Origin: Owenia fusiformis
Lineage: Eukaryota
Direction of reading: 5' to 3'
Length of the DNA stretch: 64,000 nt
Assembly (NCBI GenBank): GCA_903813345.2
Contig: CAIIXF020000001.1
Location: 28,520,001-28,584,000 of the forward strand
Shown: positions 49,923 to 61,747 of the stretch, in pieces
Numbering within the stretch: position 1 is the first letter of the stretch
Layout: each line of letters begins with the position of its first letter
The notes under the pieces: generated by a model
Database searches by the model: none
Told to the model about the DNA's origin: nothing
What the model saw: the letters and a program-made list of their open reading frames with translations, nothing else
Made by a program: the position numbers and the translations under genes

Positions 49923-52900
49923 TCAAGATGGTTGTTTGCTGTAAAATGATCTGACTGCGCTGAATATAAACGTTGCAAGGCCAACAATGATGATGAACCA
50001 TGTGGGACTAAATTCAGTGGCAGATGCTAAAAATGTAGATGATGCCACGAGTGATGCATAAAACTGCATTATTTTAATTTCATCCTCCCCGAGACTTTCG
50101 AAACATGAATATAAGGAGCACTTTGGGGAGTTACTTGAGATTCCTGGCAGTTGTTCCGCCGGCATTGTTAAGCAAGGTTGTGTCCGATCCCTGCAGATAA
50201 TGGGGTCCTCCATAATGCTTGTATCCTCAGCAGTTTGTTTTTCAGCCATTTCTTTCTCCAAGAGTTCCTTTTCTTTCATCTCTTTTTCTATTTGCTTCAA
50301 GTTGAATTCCTCAATAAGGTCACTTTTTGGGCGTTCTACTTTAATATGAATATCCACGTATCCACTTTTGTCTATATTATCCATATTGCTCGGTTCAGAT
50401 ATTGTTTGTCTGAGGAGGGACGACTCTGATTTGTCAATTTCAGATGAAAAACTCAGCAGCTCTGGAGTAGAGACGACTTTTGATGCTACAAAAGGAGGGA
50501 AGGATTTCGCCTTCTCTGGTGTCTCGGCCGTTCCTTTCTCCTCCTCAGTTTCAGCCAGCTTTTTTCGTCGTCCCAATATAGGAGACTTGCTATCACTGAC
50601 ATTTTCGAGATATTTTATTATACCATTGCCCCTATTTTTGTTGTCTTTATCGTCATCATTGACTGTGTCAATAGTCTGCTCATTTGATTCGTCATGCAGT
50701 AGAAATGTTGGTCTCTCTTGGTTCTTCTCAGTATTTTCCAAATCTTGTTTCTCTGGTATGGACGTGATCAGCTCCTCAGTCTTGTCATTGATCATTTGGA
50801 AGACGTCGTCGTCATCGTCATCAGCAGCACTGTCATCATCGTCATAACGATCGTCACTACTGAAATCTGGACTAATGCTTCCATCTGTAACAGAAACAAT
50901 AAACCAGAGGACCATTACAAGAAAAGCTACAAGTGAAAGACTTCTCATTTAAAGCAATGGTATGAATGAATCAAGATGAAGCGGTCACTAATGATTCCAG
51001 AGACATTTTTTCGTCTGTCACATAAACATAAACAACAATTGAATATTTAATCTGAATGGCTGTGTTGAGGGACCCCAGGCAGTCTAGTGACCTATTATGC
51101 TTAATAGTATCATTACTATCAGATCATTTGCAGACCTAGTTTTGTGAATCATCATCCTAAATGTGAAAGTGGCTTATAATGTACAAAGTCGCAAATGTAT
51201 TTGTGTTTATTGGAATAATTTGAAATAAAGAAATACAATATATATAAAAAAAATCTGAATGACACGGAAAAAATTATTATTTTTCGTCTGTTTTCTGTAC
51301 CATTCTCTTTCGTGTAGTCCTCGGGGTCACTTAACGTGCGTTGCTTCTTTACGGTCCTTGGCCAGGAGCGGGCTTTGCGAATCTTGTCATAGTCTATAGG
51401 AGAGGGGGGTAAATGACTGTACTCTTCCTCCTCTCGTTCCTCCTAGAATATCAAAAGAGTTATAAAATACAGGAACAGCTCTGTATAGTGAACACATTTC
51501 AGTCCTCTAGAAATAATAAGAGTTCCAGTGTGGGGGTGTTAATCTTAGAGTGAATTAACATCAGAGAGAGAAAGTGTCTAGTATATTTATCATTATTATT
51601 AGGCTAGAGAAGAGACCTACCTTAATGGCGTCCTCCACAATAGTTGCAATGTTAGGAGGGAAGGCTATTGGACTTCGGACCGGAGAGTGGGAAGATTTCC
51701 TCTTGGGACGCTTGGGTTTGGTTTCACCTTTAACACTAACGTAACTAAAGGTGGACGTGGACCCTTCGCAGTTCTCAGCTTTACACTTATATGTCCCTTC
51801 ATCTGCCTTGGCTAAGTTTTCAATTGTGAGAAGAAGTAATCCCATATCACGTTGTATGAGATACCTAAAATTAATAAAAGTAATATCATACATTTATATA
51901 GAATTTCCATTTAACCAAGGCAGGTGAATATCAGTATTAAAGCTGCTTTGTTGTTGCTCTCTTGGGGCTAACCTTAACATTGAGAATACGCCAAGGTTAT
52001 AGGATGTTTTACTAATTATGCCTATATATAAATTATGAGGATATATTTGCGCAGACAGCTAAACCTTATTTCAACACTGAAGAGCCAAACTAGATCCAAG
52101 TCCGTTCGTAACTTTTAAACTTTGAACCTAGATATCTTTGCCTCTTTGGCTTACTCTTGTTGCTTGCAGTTTACGTACCGTTCATCCTCATCGCTGAGTT
52201 GGTCCTCATCTTTGAACCATTTCACAGAGGGTGAGGGGAAGCCCTTTACTTTGCTTTCCAGTACAATTGAATCTCCGGCGTTCTTCTCCTCATAAGCTGA
52301 GAGACGCTGGATAAATTCAGGAGCTATAAGAAGAAGAATAGAATGAATATGTTAATTTCTCATTATCATAGACAACGGTTATATTAATATTGATTTGGTC
52401 GGGCTTCTTTAAATTCAATGTTTTGCCATATCAATTCCACCCCTCCATGGCTCCATCATTGCGTTAGTTGTATTGGAGATGATTACCCACATTAATTAAT
52501 AAGGTACAATTGCATCAAAATGTTTACATAAAAGTCGAAAAATTCAGAGGCCAAAGAGAAACCTCAAATCAATAGAGTGAGAATCCCTCGAACGCATGGT
52601 TTCAGAAATCCACTCTCACAGTGACTCTGCGACCATCGCAACTTAGTATCATCATGTCCTGCTTTTTGTCAATATTGTTCGCAACTGCTAGGATCTTATC
52701 TGTTCTCAAACTGAAGCTATCAATTCTTCCTTTTGATGGCAGGGCAGAGATTAATGAGCAACGATTCGGGCTCTTTGGTACGGATGGGGTATCTCAATCT
52801 TTATGAATTTGACTAAGGGCAGTTTTAGACGTTTCACATGTTCTTCCATCCGTTAGTTGATTACGCCTTCGACAACTGCTCTACTTTGAAACAATCTCCG

Positions 52901-55900
52901 TTCATGATGAAAGTATATTGTTGAGGTCAAAGTTCTAGCAGAGACAGAAGGGAAAGATGATCTAAGCTCAAAAAACAAATTGCTAAAACATATGACGGAG
53001 AAGAGTTAGATGACAGATGAGCGCAAAAAGTCAGATTGAAATATGCATTCTATCCCAAAATCATAAAAGAGGCGTTTTATCAATTCTACAACTATGGCAC
53101 GATGATTCATTTTTGATAATTAAACAGCATGAACCGGAGACTTGGAAAATAACTTCAACCAGGGAATGCTAGTTATTTTTTCATCATGTTTATTTTGTGA
53201 TATAGTAGTTCACCTTGAAATCTATGCCACCCTTGCTTGGCAAGGTATGTTGATTTATAACGACCAGTTGTTCGTTAATATATGTGTTTATATTTAGAAA
53301 CTTTTTCTGGAACATCGTCTTGGAAACAGGAATGAAAAGTTTAAGGTCTGATGTTGCTGCTATCTGGAACTGTGTATACCTGAGTAAAAGAACCGAAAAC
53401 GATTGAACTCTGCATGAGACAATTTTAAAGTCCTTACATAATGGACCTTTTAGGGTTTGCCCATTTAATTCGGATAGTCTCGTTTGTGTTAGAGTCTCCA
53501 GGCTCAAGTTCAAATTTGAGTCAATTACTAAATTAGCGGCATCTTTGGCCTTGTGCCATGTTTGCGCTAGATTATGATCCATCTCCCAGTCTCGATTCCT
53601 TGATCTTAATTATTGATCTTATTACTAAATGAAAGTCAAAATAAAGAAGCAATGTCTTGGCGCCAGATTACGCTACACTGAGTAGTGTGGTAAAGTTATC
53701 AGCCTAAGAAATAAAAGGCATCAGGCCCAATATTACCATACGAGGGCTTTATGACTTTCAAACAAACATACTTTCATATTGGGGTTCATAATCATCAACA
53801 AACAACTGTTTTCTTTTTCATTTCAGTCATTTTTTCATTCTTATGAATACATTTAAGGTGGGTGTACAAACGGAAAGTGACTGGAGCGTTTAAAGATGAA
53901 ATATATTGTTTCCGGTATATCTTAATAAAAAACGAGCAACGACACAGTTACAATTGCTCTTAGAATCACGTACGCCTCCATCTCAACTCCAACCCCGTCA
54001 ACAACATTGTTTATGTGGTGGAGATATCAAATGAACACAACCTGTCCAATTTTGATACAGTTAAACACTGTTTCGACAACGATATTTATTGCTTTCTGCG
54101 CCAGAGAGATGCAAGTGGGTCACCGTGATATTCAAGGGCAAGACTCTCTTTAGCGTCAAAATATTCAAGGAGACATCTCGTTTCTCACACATAAGAGGCC
54201 CTCAAGATAGACCTACATAAATCAAGATAAATTAAAACTGCCAAAGGGTTCTAAATTCAATTAGTATTATATTCTTGCAAAAGTGTATTTCTCTCGGGAA
54301 TACTTTAATTCCTTTAATATATAGGTCTGGATTTTGATAGACTCGTTTTCGCTAATGAGCACCGATATTTCCTCGTTATTCTGGAGTAATGGGGGAACAT
54401 TTACGTTTTTGAATGGTAGCCCTAATTGCAAAGTGTTTCCTTTCAAGATACACCAATGATTTCTACATCTCTAGGGTTCCCATGGTAACATCTACAATCT
54501 TGTTATCTAGTTGACTAAAAATAGAGTGAGTAGACGGGGCGAATGAAACCAGGATGATGAATTACACCTCACGGAAGACACTGATATCATCATTCTTCAT
54601 ATTAGAGCTTATTAGTGGGGCTGGTCATATTTGATAATATACATGTTACCAAATATTTACCAAAATATTAGCAGATTCCAGATTCCAGCTTTGATTTCAT
54701 TAACTAAGTCAACATTGAGGTCAATTTGGCAGATACTACTAGTATCAATACTACAATATAATTATATTTATTATACTTATTCCATCTACATAAATTGATA
54801 AATAAATAAACATAAATAAAAAAAATCTGTCATTGTGAATTGTGCACATTAATTTTGTAGTGGATTTGACTATTCAATTCTGTTGAATTGTATTGAAGAA
54901 CGGTTGAGTTGTAGATTTGCATCAAAACTTCTCTCTTCCGCTACTACAACTGCACAACCTTGCTTTCAAGCAACTAAGTTTCCCATAAGGCTACCCATGA
55001 CGTATTTCAGTTTTCGTCATTCCAATACAATAATGGACAGTAGAACGTTCGGTAAAGGAAATAAGTACAGCAATATTCATTACAATCAATAATTAGCACA
55101 TATCTGTATATACCACAATAGCTCTACCTGTTGCTGGTGTATCTATTGATCGCAGTCAACATATCCTGCAATAATTAAACTTAGAAAGATTGAGCTGAGT
55201 ATGTTTTACTTATACGCCATTTTTCACATTTTATTCCGTTTATCGCATGATGACTTACAATCACACAATGTGTTAGGAGATTTTGTATTGTTGGCCTTAT
55301 TCACTGATAATAAGTGTTGAAAAATAAAGAATATTTATTCCTATTGCATGTAATGTTTAATTTGGAAACACCAATGATATTTCACGAGTTTGGTAAATGG
55401 CAATGAATACTGAAATGCGTGACGTACACATTTAGCGAACGCCATTTTAACACAAATGACGCTTTATGACGCAGACTTCGTCCTCGACGATGGGGCCTAA
55501 TCGAATTCTTCCATCATTACTGACTAACATAAACATCCATCTTTGTTGTTCTATCCTGAAATGCCACTTCTAAAACAGACTACCTTCAGACCTGTATTGT
55601 AATATATAGATTACAGATGCTCCCAAAGATAAAATATGCTTATGCTTAACACAAACAAAATAGCTCAATTATGGCGGATGTGGGATTATAAGGGTTGTGC
55701 AAATACAACACATACTACTCGTATATTCCGCTGCATACCATTCTGATATGGAATCCATAGCCAAGAATTTGCATAAGCTTTTCTATTGTAATTTCATTTG
55801 CCGACCGCCCAATCTGTTATTTTTGTTCGCGTCATGTTACATGATATTTTGCCTTCAATGGTGTTGGAAAATAACTAACATATGTAAGGATATATGATAG

Positions 55901-56591
55901 TTTTGAAACAGCGTTTGTGGAATAAGGCCAACGAATTTACCCATAGCGTTTGGTAAGGGCTAATTTGCCATAGTTATTTTACTTATTTACCTTATTTACA
56001 TGGACCAAAATATCTCGATTGCAATGGCCTTCAAATCTTTGTGATTCACTGGAAAATACCTTCCACCAGAAAAAACTTGTTTTCAGATTTAACCTTTTAG
56101 ATATTCACGTCAGGTTTCATTACCAGTTTTACAGTGTTTGAGCATCTGTTTCCAGTAGGCGTTTATTAATAATGTAAACTTTTGCCAAATGATACTGCCA
56201 AAAATATTAACGATGAGGAGGGGTGGACTTTTGCATGTTTCGACCATCTTCTATTTGTAATCATAGTCTTTTAGTAACCTAATTCTACTGTATATGTGAC
56301 TGTGAGTAAATTGCTTTATTTTCAACGAACTATACGGAATGATGATAAATGATCTGTCAATTGCACTAATTCTGGTAAGAGTTTTCCTAGATATACTCTA
56401 TACTCACCCTCGTAGAAGCACCTTCTCCGTCTCGTGGTCAAAGGTCGGCTCCTGGACAACAGGTCATCGAGATCCAGCTCATCATACGACGGAATCTTTT
56501 TCTCGACATCATCTATCGTTTTCTCCTCGGTTGTTGTCATAGAATTCTCCATATTTTTACAATTCTCCTCCGAAACATCGTTGGGTTTCAT
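49923..56591 (-). CDS. I-set immunoglobulin-domain protein with a long acidic region and C-terminal hydrophobic anchor, 558 aa. Exons 56591-56408, 52323-52179, 51864-51621, 51442-51301, 50884-49923
   Basis: GT-AG junctions have consistent phases (1,2,0,1; 1677 nt). APEFIQRL..GDSIVLESKVKGFPSPSVKWFKD..LLTIENLAKADEGTYKCKAENCEG is a titin/MLCK-type I-set domain. C-terminal WFIIIVGLATFIFSAV. The first-exon assignment is less certain. Confidence 0.82.
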
Positions 56592-57165
56592 GTTGTGCTG
56601 CTCGAGACATAACACTGATCGGTAAAGGTATTTACGGCTAGCAACGATATAAATTCTTGGTACTAGATAGTACCAAGCAAGAAGTAAAGGGCTCCCTCAC
56701 TGGTGTTTATGCATTGAATTGCTAGTCACTACAAGTAGTTTACCAGAAGCACTCACAGCTTGGATATCTCTAAATGGTAAGTTCGTCTGCTTGATAAAGT
56801 CTACTTGACTGTACCATTGATAAGTCACTCCGCTGTTGTAGGCTATGCACGGAGATGGTGTAGACTATATATGTTTGCTGGCAGCCTTGCCTCTGAATCA
56901 TCCCTGCATTCTAAGGTCGACTGATGAGGAGAAATATTTACCTGGAAACACGTTCAGGTAACATCCAGGTAAAGGCTAAAAAATTAGGTCAGAAAAAATA
57001 TGTGAATATATGAGAGGCGGCGTTTTCAGAAACGTCTTGCAAAAGATATTTAGCAATTCTGATGCAGTCTAACATTATACAGGATCTCCAGAAAGTCTCT
57101 TTATAAAGGTTAGAGACTTTGAATTGTAATTGTAAAGGAATTTTATGGACACCATGTACAACACC

Positions 57166-57443
57166 CATAGGCGTAGCCAGGGGTGCGGTACCCCACCTCC
57201 GCCCCCACAGCCAATAACCATGAGATAAAAGAAGAAAAGAGCTTAAAATGCTTTTTATTTGTAGATTCTAGGTCAATTTTTTCCAGGTCAATTTTGAAGG
57301 AAGTTGCATCAATTTTTGTAAAATTCAAGATACATCTTATTGTTAGCTTGTTTATGCCACAATCGCAACCCCCGAACTGAAAACCGAATTCTTTTGGCGA
57401 TCCCACCCCCCCCCCCCCCGACTGAAAGCAGGCTACGCCCCTG
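57166..57443. mobile_element. 278-bp MITE with 5-bp TSD
   Basis: acacc|CATAGGCGTAGCC...GGCTACGCCCCTG|acacc, with internal poly-C. Confidence 0.82.
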
Positions 57444-58574
57444 ACACCCGAATAACACTTCTCTATTGATACACGTTTATTTCTTGTTGCTTTGTCTTGT
57501 ACTGTATTTCTATCTATACTAAATCTGGTATAGTATATTGTCTATGTTCCATCGATGAACGTAAGGTGTACCTAAAGTTTATACAAATAACCTTAGATAA
57601 ACAGATTAATCATTCTGATAACTCGATTATATGAACAAATCAATGATGAATCTAAAAATACTCAAATTCAATCAGTGCTGATAACTTTGTGAATAAGGCT
57701 AAACGTGCTCGTAATTACCAGAAAATCATTATTTTAGTATAAAGACCGGATTGTTCTCTGGAAGATAAGTGCTTGTTTGAAATACAACAGCAAGGTACTA
57801 CAGTATATAGCCTGTATATTGGCCTAGGAGAGCCAACATATTATTCTATAAAATATTCTTGACCTTAATATTGAAGGGGGACTATTTCGGCTTGAATAAG
57901 ACAAAATTACAATGTCCTGGTCGAGCAGTTCTTGTATTTTTCTTTATGTATTTTAGGTTTCGGTATTATTCTTTGGGTCCAGTTCATTCAGGTAATATAA
58001 ACTACTCCGATAGAATTTAATTAACAGGTTAACCCTAGTGGTAGTGTCAGATTCCACTTGCCTTACCAATAAGAAAGCCCCGTAGCTGCCCCCCTTGGCT
58101 GTCCTTATTAGTTGTATGTGTGTATATTTATACCATTAATGTTCATACCTATCCTCTAAACCGTCTCGTTCTTCTTTTCTCTCAGGCTCCGGCTTCGATG
58201 CTTTTATAAGTCACTCCCCCTCGTACTATATCCTTCTCTTACCTTGTTATCTCATACTCCGAAAACGTCATGCCTTGGAAACGTTGCACTTGGAAATGTT
58301 GAAATATGGTGATTCGTCAAATCAGTCCTTGAATATGATAGGTTTCATTATTTTGCTCTGTTTACAAGTTCAAAAGAACATTTGTTGGTTTAGTACGTAT
58401 GAACTGTTTGAAGTAAATAAAAGCTATGTCACTTGAAAGCAGTCACGTTAGCCTTTAAACATGTTTTTAATTTAAAAACAATTTTGTTTACAATGAATAA
58501 CGTACTTGTCATTTTTAAGCATTAGCCTTGGGCCCATCACCCTAAAATGATGAAAACAATAATGAAAGTATAGA

Positions 58575-59581
58575 AACTAGAAAAACAGCAACTCCACGGA
58601 GTAGCAAATCCCACCGAACGGCAGTTGAGTTACCAAAGATTACTAAAATGAAAATGAAAAATGGCAGCCATTCTGAAGATCAGCCGCCATCTTAAAGGTT
58701 TTTCTCGAACAGAGCTACTGTGTTTCTAGGCATCAGCATATAAAATTTGAACCAAATCTGTTCACTGGTATTTGACTTATCAAAGATTACGTTTTTTCTT
58801 ATGAAAAATGGCTACCATTTTGAAATTCAGCCGCCATCTTGAAAAATTTTTCTCGAACAGATCTACTGTGTCCCTAGGGATCATCATATAAAAAATGAGC
58901 CAAATCTGTTCACTGGTATTTGAGTTATCAAAGATTACGTTTTTTACGAAAAATGGCGTCCATTTTGAAATTCAGCCGCCATCTTGAAAATTCTTTCTCG
59001 AACAGATCTCCTTTGTCCCTAGGCATCATCATATAAAATTTGAGCCAAATCCGTTCACTGGTATTTGAGTTATCAAAGATTACCTTTTTTACGAAAAATT
59101 GCCGCCATTTTGAATATCAAGCCGCCATCTTGAAAATTCTTTCTTGAACAGATCTATTGTGTCCCTAGGCATTATCATATAAAATTTGAGCCAAATCCGT
59201 TCACTGGTATTTGAGTTATCAAAGATTAAGTTTTTTTACGAAAAATGGCCGCCATTTTGAAATCTAGCCACCATCTTGAAAATTTTTACTCGAACATATC
59301 TACTGTGTCGCTAGGCACCAGCATATAAAATTTGAACCAAATCCGCAAACTAGTATTTGAGTAATTAAAGATTACATTTTTTTACGAAAAATGGCGGCCA
59401 TTTTGAATTCAGTGGCCATTTTCAAAATTCCTTCTCGAGCAGAGGTCCTACAGCCATAAGGCATAAGTCTATAAAATTTGAATCAAATCCGCGAAACGGT
59501 ATTTGAGTTATCGCCCGGACAAACAGACGGACGGACGGCTTTCCTATATCCCTCTCGAACTTCGTTCGGTGGGATAATAAA
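58575..59581. mobile_element. HINE-like element with ~146-bp internal tandem array (~6 units)
   Basis: AACTAG end, hairpin GCAACTCCACGGAGTAGC, subterminal ATCCCACCGAACG inverted as CGTTCGGTGGGAT, and a (GACG)n tract. CC(G/A)CCATCTT at 58684, 58831, 58976, 59122 and 59268. Confidence 0.87.
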
Positions 59582-59586
59582 GGTTA

Positions 59587-60118
59587 AGCTTGTTTTCGCA
59601 AACGCAACCATCGGTTGTCGGCTACCGGATTAACCTACTCAGTAGTAAAACCTTATTTAACACCTCTCGACTCTAGTGGACAACCTGCCTCCACACATAC
59701 TAATGTAGATCGACTTATTTATAAATTATCGTCTCTCCCTACCAACACTGAACTTTTTTCTCGGCACTTTTATGTTCAATAAACTCTACTCGGGTCTTAC
59801 TGTATTTTATAGGCAACTCATCTAAATATGAATAGTAAAGTTATACCATTCATATTGAAATGAGTTGGTCATAAAATAGTAGGTTAATCCTGTAGCCGAC
59901 AGCCGAAAGTTGCATTCGTGAATACAAGCTAGTTTAAATAAACGAATGCAAATAATGGGCATCGGCTACCGGGTTAACCTACTATTTTATGGGCAACTTA
60001 TCTAAATATGAATAGCACCTGCCTCTATTCCATTCATATTTATATGAGTTGGTCATCATACAATTGTAGGTTAATCTGGTAGCCGACAGACGAAAGTTGC
60101 ATTCGCGAATACAAGCTA
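59587..60118. mobile_element. Two tandem copies of a small TIR element, the first interrupted by a pogo-type MITE
   Basis: TCGGCTACCGGATTAACCTAC..TAGGTTAATCCTGTAGCCGA..TACAAGCT occurs twice. The insert at 59642-59802 has AGTAAAACC...GGTCTTACTG ends. Confidence 0.65.
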
Positions 60119-60598
60119 AGCTACACGTTTTTGACAGAATTGTACGTGGACTTTTCAAAGTATTATTCACTTTGTATATATATATTACTACACACTTGAA
60201 ATGGATACTTAGATTTCATTCCATGTAATTTAACAGAAATCAAAATATTGACGGAGTGAAAGCGGTTACAATGACCCATACTTACATCAATTTTCAACGT
60301 TTTCTAAGCCCTTGACATCTATATACTGTATATCCTTTATTACATTTTTACTCACTCGGGCAGTAAATACCACAGGCAAAGGCCGATATGAATTATTTTT
60401 AAATAAAGATGGCATGGTCTGTGTTTATTTATAAATATTCTCTAAAAAGATAATACTGAATTCTGTTGGTGCTGCCATCTTTATATCGGCCAAGAACCTA
60501 TGGTAAATACAACAAAGGGGAGAATCGATCCCCAGATGAATATATATAATACTACACGTTCACATATAAGTTGTCCTAAAATGTGTTGCTAACCTCCA

Positions 60599-60961
60599 GA
60601 GGGGGAGAAACACCAGAATTCAAAGATGACATACGCTTATAATGTAAATCTGTATTGAGATGACATCGTCGCTGATTGGTCAGAAGTCGACAAACAAATG
60701 ACGTCATCAATGGCGGTTTCAAAATTTTCGAAATACGCTTCGAATAATACTATGTTCATTTCTGGCGTGTTAACCAATATCATAGCTTCTCATTTCACAA
60801 CAAGATAAAGAAAGGTGTACGGAATATGCCTATGTCAATTAAAACATCCCATCGAAGTGTAGTATTTGATAACTAGCCGATGAAAATTCGAACGAACGAA
60901 GGTGGTAAGCAAGAGAGGTAAATATGTCTGTCATCTTTAAACTCTGGGGCTTTCCCTCCTC
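60599..60961. mobile_element. 363-bp element with imperfect TIRs flanked by a perfect 13-bp direct repeat
   Basis: ttgctaacctcca|GAGGGGGAGAAACACCAGAATTCAAAGATGACA...TGTCATCTTTAAACTCTGGGGCTTTCCCTCCTC|ttgctaacctcca. Confidence 0.75.
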
Positions 60962-61017
60962 TTGCTAACCTCCATATATAATGACTTTGTTGTATCTAAC
61001 TGCACATAGATGTTGTA

Positions 61018-61340
61018 TTGTTATGTCACCACCCGGGTGTCACCACCAGAAGTGATGACATTTTGTTATGATCTCCATCTTTTTTGTATACGGTGTTCGG
61101 CGGTAGGCGGTTGGTGTTCGGAGGTTGGTTGGTGCGTCTGTAACAAATGGAAGGTGGGTGGCATTTTGCATATTAATGCCTTGTATATATTTGTCGATGC
61201 AAAATGTGCCTTCGACAATATCAATCGAACATGTTTTTGCAAGGTTGACTCCAAATGTACCAAATGTGGCCGGCACTTTGAAATCGGTAGACGAGAGGAG
61301 CAATGCTTCACTACAAGAGTTATCCTCTAATTTATAAAGA
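61018..61340. mobile_element. Longer copy of the GTCACCACC-hairpin HINE-like family
   Basis: TTATGTCACCACC..GTCACCACCAGAAGTGATGACATTTTGTT and TGTAACAAATGG..CATTTTGCAT match the 17150 and 45070 copies. Right boundary is approximate. Confidence 0.6.
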
Positions 61341-61747
61341 ACTCATTTCCCGATACCCTTATACCCAATATTGGGCAGGTAAATTCTAAAGGGGTGTCAT
61401 TCTACATGTTTATGTTCAAGTTCTCTAAACAAATGTTCAGTTTAACCTTCTTGTTGCACACGCACCACAACACAACTTTAGGCACCAATACGTTTTTATG
61501 AGAAATTCTTTCAGGAACAACGATCCAATATTTTGGATTAACGATTGTCACACTAAGTTTACATTTCAATATCTAGCTTATTGGCACACGTATATTAGGA
61601 AATATCTACTTAAGGATGATTGAGGTTCATTATACCCCGGCGTTATACCAGGTGAGGAGTACTAATATGAGGCAATAGTTGAGGCTTTGGGCAACTATTC
61701 AAACAAGCCAATAACATGATATATAGCTGTTACCTATCTACATTGTG

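Noticed and set aside
53190-53582. 130-aa minus-strand ORF in the Ig gene intron
   Set aside because: No recognisable motif and no convincing in-phase splice link, though it is not excluded as an alternative exon.
58148-58272. Possible upstream exon of the Ig gene with strong minus-strand donors
   Set aside because: No consistent reading frame or acceptor was established; it may be a UTR exon.
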